A stretch of DNA of 64,000 nt from Thermoplasmata archaeon (GCA_050013595.1 JBEKEY010000001.1:10044-74043); one strand, 5' to 3'; counted from the stretch's first letter, positions 17,070 to 28,132 are shown. Numbers and translations are program-made. Notes: generated by a model not told the origin, from the letters alone.

Positions 17070-17956
17070 AGTTCGACCGCGCCGCCCGCCGGAAGTTGTT
17101 CAGCCACAGCATGACCGTGCTGACCGGTATTGCGATCGTGGCAATCATGGTGCCCCTCGTCGCGCTGATCTACGAGACGCTGTCGCTCGGAGGCGCCGAC
17201 GTCAACGTGGCACTCTTCACCCAGGGGCTACCGTACCCGTGCAACCCCATGCCCGGGGTCACCTGCCATCAGGGAGGGCTCGCCGTCCCGATCCAGGGGT
17301 CTCTGCTCCTCATCGGACTCGCATCGCTGATTGCGGTGCCGATCGGAATCGGCGCAGCGATATTCTCGGTCGAATATGCGGGGGAGCGCGCGTCCGCCCG
17401 CATCGTCGGGTTGGTCTCCGATGTGCTCTCGGGTGTACCGTCCATCGTCGCGGGGGCATTCATCTACGCCCTCGTCATCATCTACGACCCGACCATTGTG
17501 TTCAGCACCATATCGGGGTCGCTCGCGCTCGCCGTGCTGATGGTGCCCATCGTGGCACGCACGTGCGAGGAGGCTCTACGGACGGTGCCCAATTCTGTCC
17601 GGGAAGCTGCTCTCGCACTCGGGATTTCCCGGTGGAAGACCACCTTGCGGATAGTGCTCGTATCGGCGTTGCCGGGGATCGTCACGGGGGTCTTGCTGGC
17701 CATCGCGCGTGCGGCGGGAGAGGCGGCTCCTCTCTTGGTCGTGCTTGGAAATGCCTGCGAACACCCGTTGCAGGGCATCACTCAAGAGGGCTGCGCTTTG
17801 CCCTTGTTCATCTTCGTGGGAGCCACGAGCCCGGAGGCGAACTACATCGCCCTCGCCTGGGCGGCGGCCCTCCTCCTCCTCGCGCTTATACTCGCGCTCA
17901 GCGTTATCTCACGGCTCACCTTGAACCGCATGGCGCGGCGCATGCGAGGTGGGTGA
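17066..17956 (+). CDS. pstA: phosphate ABC transporter permease
   Basis: PstA-like. Its start overlaps the pstC stop. Confidence 0.9.
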   Translation: MKFDRAARRKLFSHSMTVLTGIAIVAIMVPLVALIYETLSLGGADVNVALFTQGLPYPCNPMPGVTCHQGGLAVPIQGSLLLIGLASLIAVPIGIGAAIFSVEYAGERASARIVGLVSDVLSGVPSIVAGAFIYALVIIYDPTIVFSTISGSLALAVLMVPIVARTCEEALRTVPNSVREAALALGISRWKTTLRIVLVSALPGIVTGVLLAIARAAGEAAPLLVVLGNACEHPLQGITQEGCALPLFIFVGATSPEANYIALAWAAALLLLALILALSVISRLTLNRMARRMRGG

Positions 17957-17958
17957 CG

Positions 17959-18726
17959 ATGGCGCTCTCGTTCGACTCCCCGAAGATGGAATCCCAGAAC
18001 CTTAGCGCGTTTTACGGGGGGACGCGGGCCATCCAGGACATCAACCTTCAGTTCCGCGATCGGAAGGTAACGGCGATCATCGGCCCGTCAGGGTGCGGGA
18101 AGTCGACCCTGATCCGATGCCTGAATCGGCTGCACGAGACGACCGGTAAGGCCCGAGTCGAAGGGAAGGTGCTCCTGGACGGGGAGGACCTCTACCAGCT
18201 GGACGCGACGATGGTCCGCCGGCGCGTGGGAATGGTGTTCCAGAAACCGAATCCTTTCGCGACTATGTCGATCTACAACAACGTCTCTGCGCCGCTGCGA
18301 TTCAACGGACGCCCGTCCCGCGAAGAGATGGACCAGACCGTGATTCGTTCTCTCAAGCACGCCGCTCTTTGGGACGAGGTAAAGGACCGGGTCGACTCTG
18401 CGGCGACCTCCCTCTCGGGGGGTCAGCAGCAGCGCCTCTGCATCGCCCGTGCCCTCGCGGCGGACCCCGAAGTGCTCCTCATGGACGAGCCCTGCTCCGC
18501 GCTCGACCCCATCGCGACCGCAAAAATCGAGGACCTCATCGGTCAGCTCAAGAACGACTACACGGTGATTATCGTGACGCACAACATGCAACAGGCGGCC
18601 CGGGTCTCCGACTACACCGCGTTCCTCTACCTCGGCAAGCTCGTGGAGTTCGGCCCGACCGAGGACATCTTCGAGCGGCCAAAGGAGCACCTGACCGAGT
18701 CGTACATCACGGGGAGGTTCGGATGA
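17959..18726 (+). CDS. pstB: phosphate ABC transporter ATP-binding protein
   Basis: Walker [10 protein letters not shown], signature LSGGQQQR and Walker B LLMDEP. ATG 17959 lies just after the pstA stop. The listed longer ORF from 17239 is an out-of-frame extension. Confidence 0.9.
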   Translation: MALSFDSPKMESQNLSAFYGGTRAIQDINLQFRDRKVTAIIGPSGCGKSTLIRCLNRLHETTGKARVEGKVLLDGEDLYQLDATMVRRRVGMVFQKPNPFATMSIYNNVSAPLRFNGRPSREEMDQTVIRSLKHAALWDEVKDRVDSAATSLSGGQQQRLCIARALAADPEVLLMDEPCSALDPIATAKIEDLIGQLKNDYTVIIVTHNMQQAARVSDYTAFLYLGKLVEFGPTEDIFERPKEHLTESYITGRFG

Positions 18727-19484
18727 CCGAAGATCCACTCGCAGCCACGGGACGACCGCGCGGATACGACCTCGAAATTCGCCAACTCAAAGCCCGGGCC
18801 GTGACGATGGGCCAATGGGCGTTCGACATGTTCAAGGATGGTTGGCGGGCGTTCAACGCGTGCAACCTGACGGCGGCCCAGGCCGTTCTCGAACGGGGCG
18901 ACGAGCTCGACCGGCTGGACGAGGACATGGAACACGCGTCCATCGCTTTCCTGGTGCTTCGCCAACCGACCGCAGGAGATCTCCGGACCGCGGCCGGTTT
19001 GCTGAAGATCACCACCCACCTCGACCGGATCGGCCGACTCGGCTTCGACATGGCCCGGATCACGTCCGCCGACCCGCCGAAGGAGCCGACCGAGCTCCGA
19101 GCGATCCTCGACCGCATGGACACGGTGGTGGAGTCGATGGTGGCGCAATCGCTCGAGGCCCTCGGAAACGACCGGGCCGACCTCGCCCGCGACCTGTTCC
19201 GGCGGGACGACGAAGTGGACCACCTGCACCGCGACGCGAACCGCATCATCCTTCGGGAGCTGAAGGGCAAGTCGGGCAACACCTCCCGCCTCGCGGCCGA
19301 CCTCCTCGTCGCGCGCCACTTCGAGCGGATCGCTGACAACGCCTGCAAAGTCGGCGAGAAGACGGTCTACGCGCTCACCGGTCAGCGACGGTCGGAGTAC
19401 CTGCCGCGGCACCACGTAAAGCCGTACGTTCTCGAACCACCGTTCCCAACACTGCCCGCTACCGACGATTTACCTCCCAGCTGA
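18723..19484 (+). CDS. phoU: phosphate transport system regulator PhoU
   Basis: Two PhoU repeats. ATG 18723 overlaps the pstB stop (ATGA). Confidence 0.9.
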   Translation: MTEDPLAATGRPRGYDLEIRQLKARAVTMGQWAFDMFKDGWRAFNACNLTAAQAVLERGDELDRLDEDMEHASIAFLVLRQPTAGDLRTAAGLLKITTHLDRIGRLGFDMARITSADPPKEPTELRAILDRMDTVVESMVAQSLEALGNDRADLARDLFRRDDEVDHLHRDANRIILRELKGKSGNTSRLAADLLVARHFERIADNACKVGEKTVYALTGQRRSEYLPRHHVKPYVLEPPFPTLPATDDLPPS

Positions 19485-19552
19485 GTTCACCCCTGCTCGG
19501 TCTCAGGATCCGCCGGACCAAGGCTCCTTCCGTCGGCGATGCCCGGGCCGGT

Positions 19553-19602
19553 AAGCTCCCTGGAAAGGAACACTTCAAAGGGGAACACGGTTCAGGGAGC
19601 TT
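19553..19602. repeat. perfect 10-bp inverted repeat (AAGCTCCCTG ... CAGGGAGCTT) enclosing a 30-nt loop
   Basis: Seen in sequence. It ends 10 nt before the tRNA. Confidence 0.5.
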
Positions 19603-19611
19603 GGCGGGATT

Positions 19612-19686
19612 GCTCCCGTAGTCTAGTCCGGTCAAGGATTCGGGGCCTTCGACCCCGTAACGCGGGTTCGAATCCCGCCGGGAGCA
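19612..19686 (+). tRNA. tRNA-Glu (anticodon UUC, inferred)
   Basis: Hand-folded cloverleaf. Acceptor stem GCTCCCG/CGGGAGC, D-arm, anticodon stem CGGGG/CCCCG with loop CCTTCGA, T-arm GCGGG-TTCGAAT-CCCGC, discriminator A. No encoded CCA. Position 33 is C rather than U, which is unusual. Confidence 0.7.
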
Positions 19687-19778
19687 TCCCGATCTCACCG
19701 ACGATCGCCCGTCGTGCCCCACGGACAGGGGCGCCTCGAACGAGTTTGATTCTCGGTCGGTAGGAACGCGAGGACTCC

Positions 19779-21182
19779 CTACACCGATTCTTCGATCTCT
19801 CCGGCCTGTGGCGTCCCCGCGAGGTGTTCCGCCACCGAACCGAGGATCTCGAGGTGCCGATCCACGTCGGCGTCGGTGTGTTGGACCGAGATGGTCCACT
19901 GCTCATCGGGACCGGTACCGCTCGGGATCAGGCCGCGGTTGAGGGAATGATAGTAGTACAGCATCGAACGGTCCCCGTCCACGTTCAGGAAGTCACGCCA
20001 GTTGCGCACGGGATGGTCCGAAAAGAAGACGGTGCCCGAGACCCCGTCGGCCGAGACGATCGCGGTGACACCGGCGTCATCGAACACTTCCGCGTACCCC
20101 TTCGCGAGTCGCGCGCAGAGGCGGGCCGATCGTTCCAGGGCCTCGTCGGTCAGGATGTGGTCGAGCGACGCGATGCAGGCGGCCATCGAGAGCGGGTTCG
20201 AGTTGTAGGTCCCGGCGTGGGCGACCTTCCTGGGTCCCACTTCATCCATGATCCCGGGGCCGGCCGCGATGGCAGACAGCGGGACGCCGCAGGCGATCGA
20301 TTTTCCGAGGGTGATGATGTCGGGACGGACCCCGACCCGCCCCGCCCCACCGTGAGGATACTTCGCCCCGGTCTTGATCTCGTCGAAGATGAGGAGCGCG
20401 CCGAGCTGGTTGCAGAGTTCGCGGAGGCCCGGGAAGAACCCGTCCTCGGGGAGAATGAATCCCATGTTCATCGGGACCGGCTCTGCGATGATGGCCGCGA
20501 GGTCGTCCTTGTGCTCGAGCGCGATCTTCCGGGTCGCCTCAAGGTCGTTGAACGGTGCGACGAGCGTCCGCTCCGACACCTCGGGTAGGATTCCCGGCGA
20601 CGCTGGGGCCGACTTCGGGTGATCGTGGGGTCCGGCGACCTGCAGACGCGGTTTCACCCCGACCAGGAGCGTATCGTGGGAGCCGTGATAGGAACCCTCG
20701 AACTTGAGGACGTAGTGCTTCTTCGTATACGCCCGGGCGAAGCGAACGGAGTGATGCGTCGCCTCGAGGCCGGTCGTGCTGAACCGCACCTTGTCCATGC
20801 CGTACCGTCGACAGATTCGTTCCGCGACCTCGGGCGTGCGCTCCCACTCGTAGCCGTAGACGCTGCCGTTCTCGAGTTGATGGGTTAGCGCCTCGACAAG
20901 CTTTGGGTGGGCGTGGCCGCTCTGCAACGAGCCGAATCCCATGTTGAAGTCGAGGTAGTCGTTCCCGTCGGCGTCCCAGAGATGGACCCCTTTCGCGCGG
21001 CTGACGTAGAAGGGGTAGGGGTCGAGGAACCGGTAGTTCGAGTGGACGCCGAGCGGGCTCCACTTGCGAGCGCGCTCCCAGATCTCCCGGGACCGGGGGG
21101 TCCGGCGTTCGTATTCGGCATACGCGGCCTCGAACCGGGGGTCCACTTTCGCACACTCCTCTCGAGACCCCACGAAGGGCAT
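19779..21182 (-). CDS. class-III PLP aminotransferase, glutamate-1-semialdehyde aminomutase-like paralog
   Basis: HemL-like fold over 467 aa. Confidence 0.8.
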   Translation of the reverse strand: MPFVGSREECAKVDPRFEAAYAEYERRTPRSREIWERARKWSPLGVHSNYRFLDPYPFYVSRAKGVHLWDADGNDYLDFNMGFGSLQSGHAHPKLVEALTHQLENGSVYGYEWERTPEVAERICRRYGMDKVRFSTTGLEATHHSVRFARAYTKKHYVLKFEGSYHGSHDTLLVGVKPRLQVAGPHDHPKSAPASPGILPEVSERTLVAPFNDLEATRKIALEHKDDLAAIIAEPVPMNMGFILPEDGFFPGLRELCNQLGALLIFDEIKTGAKYPHGGAGRVGVRPDIITLGKSIACGVPLSAIAAGPGIMDEVGPRKVAHAGTYNSNPLSMAACIASLDHILTDEALERSARLCARLAKGYAEVFDDAGVTAIVSADGVSGTVFFSDHPVRNWRDFLNVDGDRSMLYYYHSLNRGLIPSGTGPDEQWTISVQHTDADVDRHLEILGSVAEHLAGTPQAGEIEESV

Positions 21183-21304
21183 CCCGAACGACTGTCCGAG
21201 CCGGGCGGCCTAGATATATCCTCCGCGTAGGACCCTCGTTCGGCAACGGCCGTAGGCCCCACCGCCACGGTCAAAACCCCCGCGGGCTCGTCCGGTTAGT
21301 TCCC

Positions 21305-22753
21305 ATGGGCGAGGTGGTCGACCTCGAGAACTTCGTGGACGGAGTCTGGGTCCGTCCCCGGGCGACGGGGCGGCTCGACGTCCCGAACCCTTCGGACGGC
21401 TCGATCTTGACGCGCGTCCCGCGCTCTGGCGCGGAGGACGTCGACGCCGCCGTAACGGCCGCTCGCAAAGCGTTCCTCGTTTGGAGGGATGTTCCGGTTC
21501 CGGACCGCGCTCGGTGCATCCTGACCCTTCGTCACCTCCTTGAGGAGCACGCCGAGGAGCTGGCGCGGTCGATCGTCCGGGAACAGGGCAAATCGTTGGA
21601 CGATGCCCGCGGGTCCGTGTTTCGCGGTATCGAGGCCACGGAGTTCGCGGCCTCGGCCCCGACGACGCTGCAAGGTTCGTTCCTCGAGGATGTCGCCACC
21701 GGAATCGATGCGACCCTCGTCCGCCAGCCTCTCGGCGTCGTGGCGGGGATCACTCCGTTCAATTTTCCGGTCATGATTCCGCTCTGGATGGCACCGCTCG
21801 CCCTTGTTTGCGGGAACGCCTTCATCCTGAAGCCGTCCGAACGCGACCCGCTCTCCCCGACGCTCCTCGCACGACTCTTCGAAAAGGCCGGGTTCCCCGC
21901 CGGCGCGTTCAACCTCGTGCACGGAGATGCGGAGGCGGTCAATGCGATCCTGGCCCACCCCGGCATCGACGCGGTGTCGTTCGTCGGTTCGGCGCCTACC
22001 GCACGTCACATCTACACGACCGCGACCGCCCACGGGAAACGGGTGCAGGCACTCGCGGGGGCGAAGAACTTCATGATCGTGATGCCGGACGCCGACCTGG
22101 ACCGGTCGGTCCCGGCGATCATCTCGAGCGCCTTCGGCATGGCCGGTGAGCGCTGTTTGGCAGGGAGCGTCGTCCTGGCGGTCGAACCCGGGGCGGACCA
22201 GCTCGTGGAGCGACTCGTCGGGGCCACCCGGACTCTCTCCGTCGGCCGGGCAGGAGACCCGGCGACCGAAATAGGTCCCGTCATCCGTGCCGACAGCCGG
22301 GACCGTATCCTGCAGTGGGTCCGAGAAGCCGAAGCCGTCGGGGCGACCGTGGCGGCCCGCGGAACCATCCCGAGCGATCCCGGAGGGTTCTTCGTCGCCC
22401 CGGTCCTGTTGGACCACGTCCGACCCGAGATGCCAATCGCTCAGGAGGAGGTCTTCGGACCGGTCCTGTCCGTGGTTCGGGTGACGTCGCTCGAGGAGGC
22501 GCTCGAGGTCGCGAACCGCTCCCGGTACGGCAATGCGTCGTCCATCTTCACCCGGGACGGAAAGGCCGCCCGAGAGTTCACTCGCCGAATCGAGGCCGGG
22601 ATGTTGGGCGTCAACATCGGGGTCCCGGCCCCGCCCGCCTACTTTCCGTTCGTCGGTTGGAAGGGGTCGTTCTTCGGCGACCTTCATGCGGCCGGCCGGG
22701 ATGCGGTCGACTTCTACACCCGCAAGAAGGTCATCACGTCGCGCTGGTTCTGA
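21305..22753 (+). CDS. mmsA: CoA-acylating (methyl)malonate-semialdehyde dehydrogenase
   Basis: ALDH superfamily with MMSDH-type C-terminus (GVNIGVPAPPAYFPFVGWKGSFFGDLH...FYT). Confidence 0.85.
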   Translation: MGEVVDLENFVDGVWVRPRATGRLDVPNPSDGSILTRVPRSGAEDVDAAVTAARKAFLVWRDVPVPDRARCILTLRHLLEEHAEELARSIVREQGKSLDDARGSVFRGIEATEFAASAPTTLQGSFLEDVATGIDATLVRQPLGVVAGITPFNFPVMIPLWMAPLALVCGNAFILKPSERDPLSPTLLARLFEKAGFPAGAFNLVHGDAEAVNAILAHPGIDAVSFVGSAPTARHIYTTATAHGKRVQALAGAKNFMIVMPDADLDRSVPAIISSAFGMAGERCLAGSVVLAVEPGADQLVERLVGATRTLSVGRAGDPATEIGPVIRADSRDRILQWVREAEAVGATVAARGTIPSDPGGFFVAPVLLDHVRPEMPIAQEEVFGPVLSVVRVTSLEEALEVANRSRYGNASSIFTRDGKAAREFTRRIEAGMLGVNIGVPAPPAYFPFVGWKGSFFGDLHAAGRDAVDFYTRKKVITSRWF

Positions 22754-22757
22754 ACCC

Positions 22758-24104
22758 CTAGACGGCGGCAGAGGGACTGACCTTCGCATCGGCCACCGAA
22801 AGCGCGCGGTCGAGCGCCGCGATCCCGTGGTCGAGCTCCTCGCGCGTCACGATGAGTGGGGGTGCCACCACGAGGTGGGAGACCCATCCGATGCAGAAGA
22901 CGCCCTCCTTCATCATCGCGGCCGTGACCTGCTCGACGACCAGGGGCCGTCCCGCCATCTTGTCGTCTTCCGTATTGAATGGCTCCTTGGTCGCCCGGTT
23001 CTTCACGAGCTCGACGGCCGCGAACAGTCCGAGCCCCCGAACTTCCCCGACCGACGGGTGCCGTTCCTGGATTTCGCGAAGTCGCGATAGCAGGTACTCT
23101 CCCTCCGTGCGGGATTTCTCGAGAAGGTTGAGGCGACGGTACTCCGCGACCGCCGCCACGACGGGCGCGAGGGTGAGCGGGTGTGCCTCGTAGGTGTGCC
23201 CGTGCGGAAAGTAGCTCTCGCGGAATGCGTCGTGGACGGCGGCGGTCGTGGCCGTGAGCCCGAGCGGGATCTGTGCTCCCGTGATCCCCTTCGCGGTCGT
23301 GAGGATATCCGGAGTGACGTCCCAATGGTTCATCGCGAACCACTCGCCGACACGGCCCCAGCCGCTCATCACCTCGTCCGCGATGAGCAAGGTGTCGTGC
23401 TTCTTCGTGATCGCTCGGATCCGGGGAAGGTACTCCGGAACGGGCACGATAACGCCGTTCGTGCCCACGACCGGCTCCACGATCATCGCCGCCACGTCGC
23501 CTTCCCGGGACAACTGGTAGTCGACGTACTCCGCGCAGGCGACGTCACAATCCGGGTAGGTCAAGCCGAACGGGCAGCGGTAGCAGTAACAATCCGGGGC
23601 GAAGACCGTGCCCGGAACTTTCTGAAGTTTCTCGATGGCCCGACGTCGGAACTCGCCGGTCACCGAAATCGATGCCGCGGTCGAGCCATGGTAGGAACGG
23701 TAGCGCGCCATCACTTTCGTACGGCCCGTGACCGCTCGGGCGATCTTCAGTGCGGCCTCGTTCGCCTCGGTCCCGGACGTCGAGAAGAAGAGACGGTTGA
23801 GTCCCTTCGGCAGGACCTCGAGCAACGCGAGGCTCGCCCGGGCGCGCGCCTCGGTCGCGAATCCGGGAGCGGCGTAGGCCACCGACTTCGCCTGAGCGGC
23901 AATCGCCTCCGCAACAGCCGCATTCCCGTGCCCCAGGTTGGTCGCGATCAGCTGCGACGAGAAATCGAGATACTCCTTGCCGGAGGAATCCCAGAAACGA
24001 GAGCCTTCCGCCCGCGTGATGACCAGTGGCTCCCAACCTCCCTGCCGACGCCAGGTAACGTAGTTCGTCTCTCGGACCACTTTCCGGATCTCGTCGCCGT
24101 CCAT
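22758..24104 (-). CDS. class-III omega-aminotransferase (beta-alanine/taurine:pyruvate type)
   Basis: 448 aa from ATG 24104 (MDGDEIRKV). The listed ORF extends upstream with an Arg-rich junk N-terminus. Confidence 0.85.
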   Translation of the reverse strand: MDGDEIRKVVRETNYVTWRRQGGWEPLVITRAEGSRFWDSSGKEYLDFSSQLIATNLGHGNAAVAEAIAAQAKSVAYAAPGFATEARARASLALLEVLPKGLNRLFFSTSGTEANEAALKIARAVTGRTKVMARYRSYHGSTAASISVTGEFRRRAIEKLQKVPGTVFAPDCYCYRCPFGLTYPDCDVACAEYVDYQLSREGDVAAMIVEPVVGTNGVIVPVPEYLPRIRAITKKHDTLLIADEVMSGWGRVGEWFAMNHWDVTPDILTTAKGITGAQIPLGLTATTAAVHDAFRESYFPHGHTYEAHPLTLAPVVAAVAEYRRLNLLEKSRTEGEYLLSRLREIQERHPSVGEVRGLGLFAAVELVKNRATKEPFNTEDDKMAGRPLVVEQVTAAMMKEGVFCIGWVSHLVVAPPLIVTREELDHGIAALDRALSVADAKVSPSAAV

Positions 24105-24160
24105 TGAACTCCTCCCCGAACGTCCGCCCGGTCCGGTCGATGAGCGGAGCCCGCGTCGGT

Positions 24161-25030
24161 TTATGACGACCCCGGCTTGGTCGGTCCCGGCGGGGGGAGG
24201 CCGAAGAGCCGTCGGGCGTTCCCACCCAGGATCGCGGCGCGGTCCTCTTCTGTCAGGTCGAGCGACGTGACGAGACTCAGGGCGACCTTGAGGTCCAGGA
24301 GCGGCCAGTCGGAACCGTAGAGGATCCGGTCGGCGGAGCCCACCATGAGGATGCCTTCGAGGAGCCGTCGCCGGCAGAGCTTCACCATGCGCTCGAATAG
24401 CGGATGGGACGGATGGGCCAGAAGGCCCGATGTGTCCGCGTAGACGTTCCGGTTCTTGTAGACGATCTCGGCCGCCTCGTCGACCCACGGGTTGCCGAAA
24501 TGGCAGAGCACGAACCGAACGTCCCGGTACCGGACCGCGACCTCGTCGACTTCGATCGGCCGGGCATATTTCACGAGCCCGTGGACGTCCATGGTGTCCC
24601 CGGTGTGGATGAGGACGGGGAGCTTGCGACGATGCGCGTATTCGTAGACCGGCTCGAGCCGCGGGTCGTGCGGATAGAAAGGATGGTAACCGGGGAAGAG
24701 CTTGATGCCCGCGAGCTCGGGCGTTTGTTCCCACCGGGCAATCTGGTCGGCGACCGCTTCTGTCCCCTGAGTAGGGTCGACCGTCGAAACGAGCCGAAGG
24801 CGGCCTTGGCTCTGAGCCACGAACCCACGGGCCTCCGCGAGGCCCTCGGCCACCGTCGGTGGGTCGTTCGGCTGGATGAGGATGCCGTGCCCGATCCCGG
24901 CCTCATCCATCTCGCGAAGGAGACCCGGGACCGTGAAGTCGAGGTCGGCGCGATACCCGGTCGAGCGGATGTCGGGCCACCAGCGGCTCAGGTGGAGGTG
25001 CGTGTCGACCCGCGTCATCCCTCCGACCAT
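24161..25030 (-). CDS. amidohydrolase-2 family metal-dependent hydrolase
   Basis: TIM-barrel hydrolase with HxH (VDTHLHL) and conserved His/Asp positions. The start may be M5 at 25018. Confidence 0.75.
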   Translation of the reverse strand: MVGGMTRVDTHLHLSRWWPDIRSTGYRADLDFTVPGLLREMDEAGIGHGILIQPNDPPTVAEGLAEARGFVAQSQGRLRLVSTVDPTQGTEAVADQIARWEQTPELAGIKLFPGYHPFYPHDPRLEPVYEYAHRRKLPVLIHTGDTMDVHGLVKYARPIEVDEVAVRYRDVRFVLCHFGNPWVDEAAEIVYKNRNVYADTSGLLAHPSHPLFERMVKLCRRRLLEGILMVGSADRILYGSDWPLLDLKVALSLVTSLDLTEEDRAAILGGNARRLFGLPPPGPTKPGSS

Positions 25031-25088
25031 TCCAATCCCCCGTCAGGGTAACGGACCCTCGGTTTAGGACCATCGGCCCAGTATTGAT

Positions 25089-26636
25089 ATGGGGAGGTGG
25101 GCCTTGCGAATCCCGAGGGTTCCCGTGACCTCTAAGAGCGACTGGCTGAGCTTCCCCGACGCCCCACGCATCGTCGTCCCGCCGCCCGGCCCGCGGTCCC
25201 GCGAGCTGCTCGCCGAACAGGCACGCCTCGAGACGGACGCGGTCGGCTACCCCCACTACTTCCCCATCGCCCCGAAGGTCGCCCAAGGGGCCACGATCGA
25301 GGACGTGGACGGGAACCGCTTCATCGATTGGGTCGGGGGCATCTGTGTTCTCAATCTCGGACATCGCCACCCTCGCCTCGTGGGAGCTCTCGAGGCGCAG
25401 TCGAAGGAAATCTGGCACACCCTTGAGCTGCCGACCGAGGCACGCATTCGCTTCCTTCGCGAGCTCGAGAGCATCCTTCCCGGGAACCTGCGCGGCCACG
25501 CTCGGATCTTCTTCTCCGTCACGGGCGGCGATGCCGTGGAGACGGCGGTCAATATCGCCGACCATGCCCAGGGAAAGCGAGGAACGGTCGCGTTCTCGGG
25601 CGCGTACCACGGGGTCCATGGCGGAGCCGTCGGTCTCACCAGCGGGCGCCGGTACCATTCGACCTCTTCCTTCGCAGGTGGCACCGTCGTCCGGGTCCCG
25701 TACCCGGACCCGTTCCGACCGGTGCTCGGCGCGGACGAAGGCTCGGCCGGGACGATCTCCTATCTCGAGCACCTCGTGAACGACCCGTACTCGGGGATCG
25801 ATTCGATCTCCTCGATCCTCGTCGAGCCCATCCTCGGAGAGGGTGGGTATGTGGTCCCTCCCGACGATTTCCTTCCCTCCCTGCGCGAGTTCTGTGACCG
25901 GCACGGGATCCTTCTCATCGCCGACGAGATCCAGACCGGGCTCGGACGAACGGGGAAGATGTGGGCGGTCGAGCACTCGAAGGTCACCCCCGACATCCTG
26001 TGCATCGCGAAGACCATCGGAGGCGGGATCCCGCTGGCGGTGGTCGCGTACCGGGCCGACCTGGTGAAGGAACTCCCGAGAGGCTTCCATCTGGGGACCT
26101 TCCGGGCCAATGCACTCGCCCTCGCGGTCGGCGCGGAAACGATCCGGGTCCTGAAGGAGGGGAAGATCGTGGAGCACACTCGAACTCGCGGAGAGCACCT
26201 GCTCGCTCGGTTCCGCTCCCTCGCGGACCGTCACCCGGCGATCGGTGATGTCCGCGGGAAGGGCTTCATGATCGGGACGGAGTTCGTCCACGACCGAGGC
26301 TCCCGGGTTCCGTGGGGGGACCGCGCGAAGGCGATGCGCTCGGCGCTCCTCGCGCGGGGGGTGCTGATGCACACGTCCGGAGCTTGGGACCAGGTGCTCC
26401 GTTTCATGGCGCCCCTCATCATCGAAGACGAGCTGCTCGACCGGGGCCTCGCTGCGTTCGAGGATGCCCTCGAGAGCTTCGACCCCACGCCCCAGCGACC
26501 CACGGCGACGGCCTCGCACGTCCCCCACCCCACGGCCCCTTCCACGTACCTGCACCCGCCCCCCGAGCACGCGATCCCGACGCCCATGGTCCCGGATTTC
26601 CCCGGGCGGAACCTCGAGGACGAGAAGAACGACTGA
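25089..26636 (+). CDS. class-III aminotransferase (4-aminobutyrate/omega-amino-acid type) with Pro-rich C-terminal tail
   Basis: GABA-AT-like core. The true start is possibly GTG 25125, because a TATA-like element overlaps the annotated ATG. Confidence 0.8.
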   Translation: MGRWALRIPRVPVTSKSDWLSFPDAPRIVVPPPGPRSRELLAEQARLETDAVGYPHYFPIAPKVAQGATIEDVDGNRFIDWVGGICVLNLGHRHPRLVGALEAQSKEIWHTLELPTEARIRFLRELESILPGNLRGHARIFFSVTGGDAVETAVNIADHAQGKRGTVAFSGAYHGVHGGAVGLTSGRRYHSTSSFAGGTVVRVPYPDPFRPVLGADEGSAGTISYLEHLVNDPYSGIDSISSILVEPILGEGGYVVPPDDFLPSLREFCDRHGILLIADEIQTGLGRTGKMWAVEHSKVTPDILCIAKTIGGGIPLAVVAYRADLVKELPRGFHLGTFRANALALAVGAETIRVLKEGKIVEHTRTRGEHLLARFRSLADRHPAIGDVRGKGFMIGTEFVHDRGSRVPWGDRAKAMRSALLARGVLMHTSGAWDQVLRFMAPLIIEDELLDRGLAAFEDALESFDPTPQRPTATASHVPHPTAPSTYLHPPPEHAIPTPMVPDFPGRNLEDEKND

Positions 26637-26639
26637 GGG

Positions 26640-28124
26640 TCAGGGCGAGGCGAAGTTGACCGAGATCAGCTTCACCTCGGTCATCTCCTGCATCGCGTAG
26701 CGCAATCCTTCCCGGCCGAGACCGCTCTCCTTCACGCCACCGAACGGGAGCGCGTCCCAACGGAGGTTAGTCGGGTCGTTGAGATGGACCCCGCCCGCCC
26801 GGATCCGCTTCGCGAGCGAGAAGCCTCGGGCGAGGTCGCGCGTGTAGACCGCGGCCTGGAGGCCGTACGGCGTCGAGTTCGCTATCCGCACCGCATCGTC
26901 GAGGTCGTGGAACCGAAGCACCGGGGCGATCGGCCCGAACGGTTCCTCACGGGCGACCCGGGCATCCTCGGGAACCTCGTCCATCACCGTCGGTCGGTAG
27001 AAGCTTCCCGGGCCGGCAGGGGGGCGTGCGCCCCCGGTCAGGACCTTCGCCGAGCGGGACCGGGCGTCCTCCACGAGCTCCTCCATGCGGACGACCGCCG
27101 CGGAGTCGATGAGGGGGCCGACCTCGGTCGCTTCCTCGAGCGCGGGGCCTATCCTCAGGGCGCTGGCCTTCGTGGCGAGCGCCCGGGCGAACTTCTCCGC
27201 GACCGAATCTTGGACAAGGATCCTCTTCGACGCAGTGCAGACCTGTCCCGAGTAGCCGAACGCTCCCCGGGTCGCCGCGGACACCGCTACGTCGAGCGCG
27301 GCATCCTCGAGGACGACAAACGGGTCCATGCCTCCCATCTCGAGGATCACGCGTTTCGCATGCCGTCCGGCCTTCTCCGCGATCGCCTTACCGACCTCGG
27401 TCGAGCCGGTGAACGTGACGAGGCGGGTCCTCGGATGTTCGACCAGCGTGTCGCCGACCGTCCGGCCGGGTCCTACGACCACGTTGAGGACGCCCCGGGG
27501 AAGTCCGGCCGCGACGAGGTGCTCGGCCAGTCGGAGGGCGGTGAACGGCGCGGCGCTGGTCGGCTTCGCCACGACCGGATTCCCCGCCGCGAGCGCGGGG
27601 GCGACCTTGTGCGAGAGCAGGTTGAGCGGGAAGTTGAACGGGCCAATGGCGACCACCACGCCGATCGGGTCACGGACCGTGAAGAGGAATCGCTGCTCGT
27701 TGCCCGCGGGCCTCTCGTAGGCGTCCGCCGGGAAGCTTTCGCCTCCCAGGTGACGGATCTCCTCCGCCGCCAGCTCGAACACGCCGGCCGCCCGGTCCGC
27801 CTCGATGCGGGACTCGACGATCGGCTTCCCGACCTCCGACGCAATGAGGCGGGCGATCGTCTCCCGGTCGTCGCGCAAGCGGGCCGCAGCGGCGCGAAGG
27901 ATCTTCGCGCGGGCGTGGCCGGGAGTGGCTCCCCACGATTCTTCCACCGCGGCCGCTGCATCGACCGCGGCCCGAGCCTCGTCGGCCGAGGCGATAGGAG
28001 CCTCGCCGATCGATTTCCCGGTCGAGGGGTCGATGACCGGGGCGTACCTCCCGCCGGCCGGCGGCCTCCACTCTCCGTCGATGAAGAGGGCGCCGCGCCC
28101 ACTCTTCGGTACCCCGGCGAGCAC
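26640..28124 (-). CDS. NAD(P)-dependent aldehyde dehydrogenase (succinate-semialdehyde DH-like)
   Basis: ALDH family with catalytic Cys context SGQVCTASKRILV and the glutamate-loop region. Confidence 0.85.
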   Translation of the reverse strand: MLAGVPKSGRGALFIDGEWRPPAGGRYAPVIDPSTGKSIGEAPIASADEARAAVDAAAAVEESWGATPGHARAKILRAAAARLRDDRETIARLIASEVGKPIVESRIEADRAAGVFELAAEEIRHLGGESFPADAYERPAGNEQRFLFTVRDPIGVVVAIGPFNFPLNLLSHKVAPALAAGNPVVAKPTSAAPFTALRLAEHLVAAGLPRGVLNVVVGPGRTVGDTLVEHPRTRLVTFTGSTEVGKAIAEKAGRHAKRVILEMGGMDPFVVLEDAALDVAVSAATRGAFGYSGQVCTASKRILVQDSVAEKFARALATKASALRIGPALEEATEVGPLIDSAAVVRMEELVEDARSRSAKVLTGGARPPAGPGSFYRPTVMDEVPEDARVAREEPFGPIAPVLRFHDLDDAVRIANSTPYGLQAAVYTRDLARGFSLAKRIRAGGVHLNDPTNLRWDALPFGGVKESGLGREGLRYAMQEMTEVKLISVNFASP

Positions 28125-28132
28125 GGTTCCCT

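Noticed and set aside
17239-17958. N-terminal 240 aa of the listed 495-aa pstB ORF
   Set aside because: It overlaps pstA in another frame. The pstB homology starts at ATG 17959, immediately after the pstA stop.
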